IMG/VR virus record: IMGVR_UViG_3300021959_004274 | Coordinates: 28,188-92,187 of that record | Source of the DNA: a virus | Reading direction: 5' to 3' (one strand) | DNA: 64,000 nt | Shown: piece by piece, positions 1-9,658 of the stretch | Layout of the letters: every line of letters begins with the position of its first letter | Numbering within the stretch: the first letter of the stretch is position 1 | Translations under genes and position numbers: made by a program | The notes under the pieces: model-generated | The model's input: only the letters and a program-made list of their open reading frames with translations | What the model was told of the DNA's origin: nothing | Databases searched by the model: none

Positions 1-160
1 CAGCTGTACCTTCAACTGCCGCGATTGTTCCGCCTTCGTTCTGGATTTCTTTACATGCGGCTTCAACTGTTGCTAAACCTGTATTTACTGTACATACGTA
101 AGTAGTTGGGCCTAGACCTTGTGATGCTGAAACTGATGCGTTATTTGATAAAACTGCCAT
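1..160 (-). CDS. Partial hypothetical protein (runs off window start), MAVLSNNASVSASQGLGPTTY...
   Basis: Manual translation; AAGGAG RBS and CTAAATA late-like box upstream; open to position 1. Confidence 0.7.
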   Translation of the reverse strand, partial: MAVLSNNASVSASQGLGPTTYVCTVNTGLATVEAACKEIQNEGGTIAAVEGTA

Positions 161-240
161 AATAATATCTCCTTAATGTGTGGGAAATAATTTCTTCCCT
201 AAACTTATTTAGTCCAATTTGATCGTATTTAAAGCGTAGT

Positions 241-489
241 TTATTTGATTTTTCTAGGTTTGATTCGATCTACTGAAGGTCTAATAGGTATGTCTATGCA
301 GTTTGTAGGTGCTACAAACATATTGTATTCACCGTCTATGTATCTTAGCTCGTAATTGATTATACTGGTTTGTAGAATAGAGTGTACTTCGCAGGCTATT
401 TGTGATGTAAAGTCAGGAACAAATGTTTGATCTTCGCATAGTTGTTCGCCATTGACAATGACGCAAATGCCAATTAAGTACCCCCACAT
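241..489 (-). CDS. Hypothetical small protein with hydrophobic N-terminus
   Basis: ORF coupled to upstream stop (TAATG). Confidence 0.55.
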   Translation of the reverse strand: MWGYLIGICVIVNGEQLCEDQTFVPDFTSQIACEVHSILQTSIINYELRYIDGEYNMFVAPTNCIDIPIRPSVDRIKPRKIK

Positions 490-1064
490 TATTCAGTGCC
501 AGGACTTACCTTACTTACTTTTTGTAACAGCATGTATAAGTCTGTGTTGACAGGACGTCTAACAGTTTGTAGTACACGCATTATAACTTGATTACGATCT
601 GATTTGCTAATACGTTTATGCCAATCCTGTACTAATCTACGTAGCCACATCTGATCGCTAGTTACCACTCGTCCAAATCTTCTGTATAAAATCATTAACA
701 ATTGGTCGTAGTCTCTTTCATCTAACTGACCATCTGCTACTGCTCTGATAACACGTTTTAGTCTTAGTTCAGGAATAATGATATCCCAATTATTAAATAG
801 TTTATCTGCATACTGCCTTTGTTGCATTACTAATGTAAGTAGGTTGTACATGTCTGTCATTGACTGCCTAAAGCCAGTAAAGTTTTGTTGTTTAATAGTA
901 TCTTTAGCATATCTAACTGCTGACTTTTTATCAAGATAATAAACAACACGTAGCATTAACATATGGTCATAGACAAGTCCTGCCAAAGTGTTAACGTCTG
1001 TACCTTTGACTTGTTCAAGTCTACGATACATTCTTGACTCAATGATGCTTTTGATAAATTCCAT
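489..1064 (-). CDS. Hypothetical protein, probable head-packaged (MEFIKSIIE N-terminus)
   Basis: ORF, TAATG coupling, N-terminus resembling a capsid-targeting sequence (CTS). Confidence 0.65.
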   Translation of the reverse strand: MEFIKSIIESRMYRRLEQVKGTDVNTLAGLVYDHMLMLRVVYYLDKKSAVRYAKDTIKQQNFTGFRQSMTDMYNLLTLVMQQRQYADKLFNNWDIIIPELRLKRVIRAVADGQLDERDYDQLLMILYRRFGRVVTSDQMWLRRLVQDWHKRISKSDRNQVIMRVLQTVRRPVNTDLYMLLQKVSKVSPGTE

Positions 1065-2866
1065 TATTTTATATTCTTTGCAAAGTTTGATTTTGAAAAT
1101 CTTAAACGATCAACATACTTAAGGCCACCTGCTACATAACCTTCGTGTCCTGATTCTCCATCTATTGTAGCACTAATGCCGCCACCTTGTTGATCTAATG
1201 CTCTAACTATCTGTGTTTTAATAACAGCAATAGCATTGAATATGTTAAAAATTAATTCAACAACTTTTATATTCTCGCCTACATAGTTAGCAAGTCTTTC
1301 ACCTTTGCCTTGTGAAACTTTAGTTATTGCCCAATTAGCAAAGCTGTTGGCCATATTATTAAAGTTACCTTCTCTAACTTTAAAGTTAGCAAACTGTTTC
1401 ATTAATTGTGGCAAGTCTGATAGTTGTAATTCTCTTAATTTTCCTGGCATAAAGAAACGATCAATAGCTCTACTATTTGACAAAATCTTAGATTCAATTT
1501 GATCTAGTTTATCTGTTGGAACATCTACCTTAGGTGTTTCTTTCATTTTAGGGCCTACAAATAAGATAGGACCTGTAGGTAATTTTTCTATAGCATGGAA
1601 AGGTTGTCCTGCATCTTCTGGACCTGTTAAGAATGTGTGTATAGCAACACCTGCTTTACTTGCACCTATTTGTTTGCCTAGGTCAGTGTCTGCGTCAACT
1701 GAATATGTTACTGTGTTTGGCGTAAACACAAACTTACTACCTTGTTTTGCTGGTCTACCTGCATAGAGTAAATCGCCTTTAAAGAAACCTTGAAGGCCTT
1801 TAGGTGTTTGTGCTTCTAATGGTGCCCAAAGAGCTTTATACATATTAATTAATTCAGTACGATCGCCACCACGCATCAGCATAATTTTTTCTAGTTCTTC
1901 TGGACTTGTTGCTAGTCCAGAGTATGACTTAGCAGTAAAGCCTGACTTGTCTGTTAATATAAACTTACCGTTGCTGTCTCGGCCAAATATAATTGCTGGC
2001 TTGCCATCCCATTTAATTGTAATGTCTTGTGCTGAATTTGGCAACCATTTTAGATCTCTTATAGCACCTAGAGCACCGTGACTAGCATCATTGAATATCA
2101 TATCTTCTGGATGTTCAATTCTTGCCGCTTCTGTAATAACTTTCATTCCTAGGTTAACTAATCTATCTCTTGTATGTGCAATCCAATTAACTTCTGTTGA
2201 TTCAAACTGTAGTCCATCTTTTTCAAATGACTCTCTAGCATCTGCTACCAATGATTCGTATTCAGGGTCTTTACGTGCTTGTGCTAGTATACTTTCCACA
2301 CTGGCTAAATCTTTACGTGAGCCACCAATTAGCATTTTAGCAATTTCGTCTGGCTTGTTTGATATAACTTTGTTTGTTTCTCTTGACACTAGTCCATACT
2401 TGTATGACCACTTCATACCTCTAGCTTTAGCAATACTGGCTAATAAGATAGCACGGTGTACACCTTTGTATTCTGAATCTGGTGATGCGTTTAACGCAAA
2501 CTGTTGCCATTTAGGATCACCAAACATAAAGTCTACTTGTACATAGCCGTCTTGTGGATCACCGTTGATAGGACATTTATAGTGTACTGAGTCACCTGAC
2601 TTAGCAACGTCAGTGCTATTAACACCTTTTGATATTAGTTTATTATATAATTCGTCTTTGGTATGCTTACTAGCATCAACTGCTAGATCTAAATCACCTG
2701 ACGTAGGCTTCTTACCTGTTGAACCTAGCATGTTATCTAGTAAAGGTAATCCTGTTAGTGATTCAAGATATTTTACAGTTGGCTTAACATCAACAAGATT
2801 AATTCTTTGTGTTAAAGGATTGCCTTGTTGATCTTTAAATACGTTGCCGCCCTCAAATAGTTCCAT
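1064..2866 (-). CDS. Fusion of Pol-beta-type nucleotidyltransferase and ATP-dependent ligase-like (DUF6267-like) domain
   Basis: LGSTGKKPTSGDLDLAVD...VQVDF; HPED...KWDG, KGDLLY, EGYV, LKYV. Confidence 0.7.
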   Translation of the reverse strand: MELFEGGNVFKDQQGNPLTQRINLVDVKPTVKYLESLTGLPLLDNMLGSTGKKPTSGDLDLAVDASKHTKDELYNKLISKGVNSTDVAKSGDSVHYKCPINGDPQDGYVQVDFMFGDPKWQQFALNASPDSEYKGVHRAILLASIAKARGMKWSYKYGLVSRETNKVISNKPDEIAKMLIGGSRKDLASVESILAQARKDPEYESLVADARESFEKDGLQFESTEVNWIAHTRDRLVNLGMKVITEAARIEHPEDMIFNDASHGALGAIRDLKWLPNSAQDITIKWDGKPAIIFGRDSNGKFILTDKSGFTAKSYSGLATSPEELEKIMLMRGGDRTELINMYKALWAPLEAQTPKGLQGFFKGDLLYAGRPAKQGSKFVFTPNTVTYSVDADTDLGKQIGASKAGVAIHTFLTGPEDAGQPFHAIEKLPTGPILFVGPKMKETPKVDVPTDKLDQIESKILSNSRAIDRFFMPGKLRELQLSDLPQLMKQFANFKVREGNFNNMANSFANWAITKVSQGKGERLANYVGENIKVVELIFNIFNAIAVIKTQIVRALDQQGGGISATIDGESGHEGYVAGGLKYVDRLRFSKSNFAKNIK

Positions 2867-3423
2867 TATGCCTGGCCCTGAGCTTTTAGTAATTTTTCTA
2901 GATCTCTATAGGTTTGAGAATTTCTATCAACTTCTTGTCCGCACACTGTAATTTTACCAGCATTTGTAGATACTTTACAATCCTGCTGTGGTGCTAGAGT
3001 TGATCTCTGATTGTCTGTTGATGCTGTACCATCTAATTCGTCTTGTCCACTACGTGCTTGTGACACTGCTAATAGACCTGCCACTGCTTTTTGTACTAGA
3101 GCTTTGTCTCTTGGGTTTTGTACTAATGGATCAACTAAGTTTTGATACATGGCTTTAATATCTTGCGGAGCACTTTGTACAGTATATGGTTGTAGTACAG
3201 TAGCATCAAACCATTTTTGTAACGCACTCTTAACTTGTGCTGGGTTTAATTCTTCGTAGCCATTTTTGGCTTCTGATTGATTAAGATAATTGATCCAGGC
3301 TGGAACTGCTTTTTTAGCAAACGTAGCAATAAAGTTTGCATTTTGGTTTTTTCCTATAGCATTTTTTAATTTTCCAAAAATGCCTGGTGCTTCTTGTACT
3401 TGGATTATTTCATTAATCTTCAT
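2866..3423 (-). CDS. Hypothetical protein (MKINEII N-terminus)
   Basis: ORF, operon coupling. Confidence 0.65.
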   Translation of the reverse strand: MKINEIIQVQEAPGIFGKLKNAIGKNQNANFIATFAKKAVPAWINYLNQSEAKNGYEELNPAQVKSALQKWFDATVLQPYTVQSAPQDIKAMYQNLVDPLVQNPRDKALVQKAVAGLLAVSQARSGQDELDGTASTDNQRSTLAPQQDCKVSTNAGKITVCGQEVDRNSQTYRDLEKLLKAQGQA

Positions 3424-3658
3424 CTTTACGTCTCACTGACCGAGCAAATTTTTTAGGGTCTCTTGATTTGATGGCGTTAACAAACTTACGCTGTAAATCT
3501 TCTGCTTGTTCTCGAGTGTAAAGATTATCGATTTGTTCAAAAATATTGATAGCAGACTGGATTATGTTATTAGCACGACTCTCAACTAGGTGATTTTTGT
3601 CTTTGCTAATGTGCATTGAGCTCAATTCATCTAAAATACTTTTTGTTTTACGTTGCAT
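3413..3658 (-). CDS. Hypothetical protein
   Basis: ORF downstream of late-promoter box. Confidence 0.65.
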   Translation of the reverse strand: MQRKTKSILDELSSMHISKDKNHLVESRANNIIQSAINIFEQIDNLYTREQAEDLQRKFVNAIKSRDPKKFARSVRRKDED

Positions 3659-3678
3659 AAGTTAAGTTTCCGTTAGTG

Positions 3679-3690
3679 ATAGTATTTATC
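3679..3690 (-). promoter_or_regulatory. T4-like late promoter (GATAAATACTAT)
   Basis: Matches T4 late TATAAATA-type box; intergenic; recurs upstream of structural genes. Confidence 0.65.
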
Positions 3691-3692
3691 AC

Positions 3693-5096
3693 TTAACTTG
3701 ATTTTAGATTAGAAAGCATCTGCTTGAGCTTGTTGCCTTGTACATCTGCTGTAACTTTGGCTGACTCGCCCTCTGGTTCTGTTACTGTTTTTTCACCAAC
3801 TGTGGTAGTTGTTTTGATAGATTTCATTAGTTCACTAGGATTTGTTTGAGTGTATGCTGACTGTTGATCCTCTGCTAGATCTGTAATACGCAAACTTTCT
3901 ACATTAAACTCTAAGTCTACTTTACTGCCTACACCACTAGAACTTCTAGTTTTCATTAACTGTATTTGATAACGACCACGCTCACGCATAGCTCTCGATG
4001 TAAATATACCAAACACATTATCAGCAGTATTAATTTTACTCAAGCCACCTGCAATATGACTATGATCAAATTCTACTTCTTCAACTGCCGCTCTGTTTAA
4101 CTGCGATGCTGTAACAAAGATAATGTCTAGTTCTTTTGCTAGGTTACGTAACTCTTCACTTACATATTTGTCTTTAACAAACAAATCGTTTGGTGACACT
4201 TTAGCACTCACAGGCATAATCAAATCTAAATAGTCAACACAAAGGAAGTCTACTTTAGTTTTTGTTTGTATTTCTAATTCTTTTAAGTATGCTCTAATGT
4301 CATTAACGTTTGACTGTGCAGGCATATATTTGATTCTAAGTTTACCTGACTTCTTGCCTACAAGTTTAACTTTCATTTCAACATCTTCAAGTTTCTTAAA
4401 GATTTCTTTTGAACTAGTGTTAGTCATCATACTATCAAGTCGCATAGCACACAATCCTTCACTAAGTTCTAGTGTAATGTAAGCACCGTTAAGTCCTAGT
4501 TGGCTCCAGTTCACTGCCAAGTTCTGCATAAACAAACTTTTACCCGAACCAGATCCGCCTGCAAATATCTGTAGTTCACCTCTGTTGAATCCACCATACA
4601 ACGGTCTATCTAATGCTGACCAGCCCGACGACACTTGTCCGTTTTTACTTTTTAATAGTTCAAGTCTGCCTTTAGGATCCTCAAAGTAATCTGTACCCAT
4701 GTCTTTGGTTAACGATATTTGTACAGCATCTTTGATTAATTTTTCTACAGGATTGTAGTTGCCTTTTTCTAACATGTCTGCTGACTTAAGAATAGCACGT
4801 TCTAGTTCTTGACGTCTAGTAAACGACTCAAACTCTTCCATAAACCAACTGTAATGATCATCTGTTAAGTCAGGAAGATGTTGTAGTTTAGTTTTACTAA
4901 CTGCTTGTACTTGCTCAAACGTAGGAATAGCCTTGTGCTTGTCCACATGCTCTTTAATAAATTTGGCCGCTTCTTGTAGACTACGATCAAAGTTTTCTGG
5001 ATTGTAGATATTCTGCACACGGATATAGCTCTGAGCATCCTGTAGCATCATTTCTAAAAATAGTTTTTGTACTTCTAATGTATATTCTGTTGCCAT
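3693..5096 (-). CDS. gp41: DnaB-like replicative helicase
   Basis: Walker A GGSGSGKS, YITLEL, VDYLD, TASQLNR, MKTR. Confidence 0.93.
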   Translation of the reverse strand: MATEYTLEVQKLFLEMMLQDAQSYIRVQNIYNPENFDRSLQEAAKFIKEHVDKHKAIPTFEQVQAVSKTKLQHLPDLTDDHYSWFMEEFESFTRRQELERAILKSADMLEKGNYNPVEKLIKDAVQISLTKDMGTDYFEDPKGRLELLKSKNGQVSSGWSALDRPLYGGFNRGELQIFAGGSGSGKSLFMQNLAVNWSQLGLNGAYITLELSEGLCAMRLDSMMTNTSSKEIFKKLEDVEMKVKLVGKKSGKLRIKYMPAQSNVNDIRAYLKELEIQTKTKVDFLCVDYLDLIMPVSAKVSPNDLFVKDKYVSEELRNLAKELDIIFVTASQLNRAAVEEVEFDHSHIAGGLSKINTADNVFGIFTSRAMRERGRYQIQLMKTRSSSGVGSKVDLEFNVESLRITDLAEDQQSAYTQTNPSELMKSIKTTTTVGEKTVTEPEGESAKVTADVQGNKLKQMLSNLKSS

Positions 5097-5110
5097 GTGT
5101 ATATTATACG

Positions 5111-6082
5111 TTACCTAATAGTTTTAACAAGTCTGCGTTTTGCCAATTCTATCTTGATTTTACTAGTTTCACGACTGTTCATAATAGTTATCAAGGTTCC
5201 TAATCTACCATAATGTTTTACAGCATCGTTAACATCTTTAACATGCTCGGGCCAGTCTGGTATTGATACTGCCCAGCCTAGTTCTACTGCACGATCAATT
5301 AATTTTAGTCCAGCTTCGTCTTGATCAGGCACTACTGTTATCTGTTTGTGCTGTTGTTTTAATATTTGTGCTTGTTTATCACTGACTGTATTGTGTAAAA
5401 CTGCTACTGCGTTAATGCTTAATGCGTCAAACAATCCTTCTACTACCACTAACTGTGTCCAATGTTCTTGTTGTAGATCTAATCCAAACACATAGCCTGC
5501 TTGTTGTTCATTGATATACTTTGGTGTACGATCATCTAAGTAACGTGCTGACCAACCTACTACATCACCTTGATAAGTGTAAGGAACTACAATACGTTTT
5601 GCGTTACGTCCATCAACCTCAGGCGATATCATATAAGGATAGTCTTCCCAATCTATTCCTCTGTTGCGTAAGTATTCTATAAACTCTGCATCACCTGTTT
5701 CTAGTAAGCGTAGTTCTTCAGGTAAGTCCTTATGTTCAAACTCTACTTTAACTTCTACTTCACGCTGTTGTTCTACTAGTTGTGCTATATCCTTATGCTT
5801 AAGACTTTCTAAATTTAACCCTGCTATTGTATTTTGATCTAAGCCCATCCACGATAACAGTTTACGTGCTTTATAACTTAGTGTACGTCCTAGTTTAAAA
5901 CTTGCTTTGAAACCACAGTTAAAACAATGATAACTCCAATCTTCGCCGTTTTGTTTGATACCACCACGTTGTCTTTTATCCTGTCTTTCACCGTTGTGTT
6001 CACAGCAGACAGCATTAAACGATACCCAGCCACTGGAAGTACGTTTATGTTTTGCAGGAATAACAGTCGTAATATCTAACAT
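5111..6082 (-). CDS. gp61: DNA primase (Zn finger + TOPRIM)
   Basis: YHCFNCG, VVEGLFDA, PDQDEAG, KDVND; adjacent to helicase. Confidence 0.9.
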   Translation of the reverse strand: MLDITTVIPAKHKRTSSGWVSFNAVCCEHNGERQDKRQRGGIKQNGEDWSYHCFNCGFKASFKLGRTLSYKARKLLSWMGLDQNTIAGLNLESLKHKDIAQLVEQQREVEVKVEFEHKDLPEELRLLETGDAEFIEYLRNRGIDWEDYPYMISPEVDGRNAKRIVVPYTYQGDVVGWSARYLDDRTPKYINEQQAGYVFGLDLQQEHWTQLVVVEGLFDALSINAVAVLHNTVSDKQAQILKQQHKQITVVPDQDEAGLKLIDRAVELGWAVSIPDWPEHVKDVNDAVKHYGRLGTLITIMNSRETSKIKIELAKRRLVKTIR

Positions 6083-6798
6083 TAAGTTAGTATAACATCA
6101 TTTATTTGAGAATACAACATTTCTGATAAAATTTGGTGACCTTTTTCATTTGGATGATGTCCGGGTGCGTGTATTTGTTTTGTATCTGTACGTGCTTGTA
6201 GTATGTCTTGTAAGTTTTGGTCAGGCCATTCTAGTGTATCTGTATACTCTACCAGAGTTCCAGGATTATATAAGTTAAATTGCATCAACGGAATATTTTT
6301 AGTTTTACTGATACCATCAAAAAAATAAACTGCTTGTTGATAGTTTAGTTTTGATAGCTCATCGCAGTGGCTTAGTGTTAGGTATTGTTTACCAAATTGT
6401 TGCCATTCTTTAGGAATAACATCACTACCAAAGTTTACCCAAGTAGAATGTACATATTTGTTCCACGCTGGATCATTTGAATAACTTACATGTTCTGGAT
6501 TATACCAAGTTTGTCTATCTGGTGCAGTTAGTCCTACTAAACAAAGAGTATCTGACCAATCTGTATTTTCTAAAAACCAAAGGAAGTTCCACATTGTACT
6601 TTGTAGGCTGGCACCTGGGTGTCCATAATTTTCGTAAGGTACACCAAGTTTATCTGCTATGAGTCCTGAAAAGCAATGACTAAGCCTGTAGTCATCATTT
6701 TGTGTAAAGCAACACTCCCATTCAGGATGCGAGGGATCTACTAGTTCATCACCGTAAATCCAACTATCGCCAAATACGGCTAGTTTTTTAATGTTCAA
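6082..6798 (-). CDS. SGNH/GDSL hydrolase-like protein
   Basis: FGDSW block I, NYGHPGAS block II, C-terminal HHPNEKGH. Confidence 0.7.
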   Translation of the reverse strand: MNIKKLAVFGDSWIYGDELVDPSHPEWECCFTQNDDYRLSHCFSGLIADKLGVPYENYGHPGASLQSTMWNFLWFLENTDWSDTLCLVGLTAPDRQTWYNPEHVSYSNDPAWNKYVHSTWVNFGSDVIPKEWQQFGKQYLTLSHCDELSKLNYQQAVYFFDGISKTKNIPLMQFNLYNPGTLVEYTDTLEWPDQNLQDILQARTDTKQIHAPGHHPNEKGHQILSEMLYSQINDVILT

Positions 6799-7551
6799 CT
6801 ATCTAATTTTTACGTCTGTTATACTACCAGATGTTTTCTCAATGGTTAATCTTAAGTAAGGATGAAACCCATTGATATTTATATAGCCTGTAGTTGATGA
6901 GGCAGATAATGCTACAGCAGATCCTATGTCGTACCATGGACCACTAGTGTCAACAGTACCTTCTACTTTTATATTACCTGTAAATGTACTTGGAGTATAT
7001 TGTAATGTTTGTAAGCCTTGATCATTACTGGTCCAAGTTGATGAATTAAATGTTGATACGTTACCATGATTAGGAATAGTAATTGAACGACTTGCTGTGT
7101 GAGCAGGCATAACAGAATCTAAGATTTCAACAACGCCACGGGCACCGGCATTGTCATCTACAAATCCAGGATTGTATATTGCACTTGAACTTTGTTTACG
7201 TTCAAGCGTATAGTATCCTGTCTGTGCTGATACTATATCAAGTTCAGCTTCTGTTATTGTAACCTTAGCTCGACCTTTGACTAGGTCAATGGCTTCTAGG
7301 TCTTTACTTAGAATTAATTCATCACCGTTACTGTGAATTAATCTAAATGTTACTGTTGTATCTGTTAGCGATACTGGCTTCTGATCTTGATTAACGAATC
7401 TAAACGTTAATACATTGTCAGTGCCTTTATGAAGTTTTAAATCTTTTGCGTACACGGGTGCCCACCTCACTGAAGTTATGTTCGTGTTGGAATAATCATT
7501 TAATATTACCAACTGGTCCTGATTATATAAATAGACTTGAGTATTATACAT
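6799..7551 (-). CDS. Probable structural protein (BppU-like Ig fold N-terminus)
   Basis: Beta-rich, KGTDNVLTFRFVNQDQKPV; late box upstream. Confidence 0.5.
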   Translation of the reverse strand: MYNTQVYLYNQDQLVILNDYSNTNITSVRWAPVYAKDLKLHKGTDNVLTFRFVNQDQKPVSLTDTTVTFRLIHSNGDELILSKDLEAIDLVKGRAKVTITEAELDIVSAQTGYYTLERKQSSSAIYNPGFVDDNAGARGVVEILDSVMPAHTASRSITIPNHGNVSTFNSSTWTSNDQGLQTLQYTPSTFTGNIKVEGTVDTSGPWYDIGSAVALSASSTTGYININGFHPYLRLTIEKTSGSITDVKIR

Positions 7552-7568
7552 ATAACATATTTATCAAC

Positions 7569-7946
7569 ATGTCAAACGATTTTTTTAAACAACTGTCAGA
7601 GAAGTATCCATTTATCACTGTGGTGATGTATGGCAATGCAGAGTACGTAGGTATTGTGCAGAATCGTGATCACCTAGTGACCACAATGTATGACTTTGGG
7701 CGTATCATTGACATTGAAATGAAACAAAGATTCTTAGAATTAGCAGAAACTTGGTGGTGGGAATCAAACAGATCAATTCCAATTAATATTTTCTTACGTG
7801 AAGAATGGGCTCAGTTTAAACCATTCCTACAAACATTTATTAATAAAGATTTAGAAATATTATACGGTCCTGCCACTTCATTAACAGACCTTGCTAAAAA
7901 GCGTACTAAGAAAAAATCAATTACACTTGTACGCCGAGTAGACTAA
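7569..7946 (+). CDS. Hypothetical protein
   Basis: ORF (likely ATG 7569), WWWESNRSIPINIFL; divergent from 7551 gene. Confidence 0.7.
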   Translation: MSNDFFKQLSEKYPFITVVMYGNAEYVGIVQNRDHLVTTMYDFGRIIDIEMKQRFLELAETWWWESNRSIPINIFLREEWAQFKPFLQTFINKDLEILYGPATSLTDLAKKRTKKKSITLVRRVD

Positions 7947-8515
7947 ACCAATTCACTTAACAAATTCATATGTAAGGCAACCAGTACTGCGTAACTAACT
8001 GCGTGTGCTTTCTTAAAATAATAACTATCATCATCTGGCACCGTCCAAATATCTTCTGCAATAGTTTTCCAGTCTTTGCCTAGCAAGTGTCTTTTGCCTG
8101 GACGTATTAAAGCCAAAAACATAGCCATCCTGGGTATTGAATTTACTTCCATGTTTTTAATAAGATCATAATGATTACCAATGTGTATAATCTTTTCTAC
8201 AAATGATTGATCTTTAAGTAATTCCCAACGAGGTTCTTGATTAAGCATTTGATCATAGTGCTGTTGATCACGAATTAGTTTGTAAACATTAACATTCAAA
8301 AAGTCAATCTTAACATAGCCACGTTCTTCTGCTGACTCATAGTCAATACTAGCACAGTCATTGATTGGATCATAAGGTATTTCAGTTACATACACACCGG
8401 AGTTGTGTCTGCGTACTCCATCCTCACGATCTTGACGAGCAGAAGTATGCTCAATTAGTTTGAGTATATCCTCTCTATCTGCAAAATCAATATCAATGTC
8501 TGACTTAAACTTCAT
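7943..8515 (-). CDS. dnaE: Miniature DNA polymerase III alpha (DnaE/family C) catalytic-core protein
   Basis: SDIDIDF, HNSGVYV, VKIDFLN, ALIRPG, YFKKAHAVSYA in canonical order. Confidence 0.8.
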   Translation of the reverse strand: MKFKSDIDIDFADREDILKLIEHTSARQDREDGVRRHNSGVYVTEIPYDPINDCASIDYESAEERGYVKIDFLNVNVYKLIRDQQHYDQMLNQEPRWELLKDQSFVEKIIHIGNHYDLIKNMEVNSIPRMAMFLALIRPGKRHLLGKDWKTIAEDIWTVPDDDSYYFKKAHAVSYAVLVALHMNLLSELV

Positions 8516-9216
8516 TACCAACCTGCCTGCTTTAACATTTCTCTAAGATATTCTGTATCACCTGGATAATCTTTTAATTTTTTATGCCAACGTTCTGGAT
8601 CAATGAAATCATACACAATAGCTAGTTGTTCTTGTGTTAGGTTTTCTAAAAACTCGTGCCCCGAATCACAGTTAAAAATAGTCCAGCCTGTAATCCGTCC
8701 TGCGGTGATTAAATGACATATCTTGTTTGAGTTACCATACCGTAAAAAATGTTCTGTAGGATTGTTTGTGTCGTATGCCCAAGCAACACCTGTTTCTAAT
8801 GCACGTGTTAGTGCATCTGTTGCTGGTTCTTTGTATACCCATTCTTTTAAGAACTCATCATACAGTTTGTCAGTTCCCCAATAGTCTATACGTTTATTTC
8901 CCTTTAATAACCAATCAGCAAAACGTTCTGCGTTAACCACACGTGCATTAACACAATAGTTGCCAAACTTAATAAATGCTTTATAGTATGCAGATGTAGC
9001 AAAGTCGTCAAATGTTTTTTGTTTTGCTGAGCCTTGTGTTAGTTCATAAAAGCGTATAAAGTTTGTAAAGCCAATCCGACTTGCTGGTGTATCTTTATCT
9101 TGGAAACGTTTCTTTTGTTCGCAGACATGCACAGACAGTGTAGACTCTCTGGCAAATGATCTTTCACAATACTTACATTTATAAGTCAGCTTTAATTCGC
9201 TTGTCGTCCCAGCCAT
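8515..9216 (-). CDS. Zinc-finger (C2H2-like) replication-associated protein
   Basis: YKCKYCERSFARESTLSVHVC. Confidence 0.65.
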   Translation of the reverse strand: MAGTTSELKLTYKCKYCERSFARESTLSVHVCEQKKRFQDKDTPASRIGFTNFIRFYELTQGSAKQKTFDDFATSAYYKAFIKFGNYCVNARVVNAERFADWLLKGNKRIDYWGTDKLYDEFLKEWVYKEPATDALTRALETGVAWAYDTNNPTEHFLRYGNSNKICHLITAGRITGWTIFNCDSGHEFLENLTQEQLAIVYDFIDPERWHKKLKDYPGDTEYLREMLKQAGW

Positions 9217-9658
9217 GTTCTTTTGCTAGTTCCTTAATATCTTTTGTTGTTAATAATGACAGTTGTAAATCAAGTTCATCTGATTTCATATTTGGATACA
9301 GTTCACTTAAAAACTTTCTTGCTTTATTGTTTGACGTGCCTTCTTTCTTTTTGGCCGCTAACCAATAATGAAACTGATTACCCATCTTAGGACTTACCAC
9401 AGTACACATTAACCATTGTAGTTTTGGATGCTTGTTTAAGTCAAAGAAGTACTTGTTAACTGCCTCGTTAGTTGCTTGTAAATAATATGATTGTAAGTCT
9501 GCACGTCCGCCAACACTGGCTCCGTACCTTAACATTAGGTAAGTAGAAAATTGTTTACGCTCTTCGTCTGTAAACTTATCATAATAGTTTCGATCTTTAC
9601 GATCAAACGCCGCCATTTCATTACCAATGTATAATGGACTTGTTTTATCTGCTGGCAT
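9179..9658 (-). CDS. gp62: Clamp loader small subunit-like
   Basis: Size, FHYWLAAKKK...SLLTTKDIKEL pattern, replication context. Confidence 0.6.
   Translation of the reverse strand: MPADKTSPLYIGNEMAAFDRKDRNYYDKFTDEERKQFSTYLMLRYGASVGGRADLQSYYLQATNEAVNKYFFDLNKHPKLQWLMCTVVSPKMGNQFHYWLAAKKKEGTSNNKARKFLSELYPNMKSDELDLQLSLLTTKDIKELAKEHGWDDKRIKADL

Noticed and set aside
1064-2866. CBASS CD-NTase defence system
   Set aside because: No Cap effector or ancillary genes nearby; the GS...DxD motif is generic to the Pol-beta superfamily
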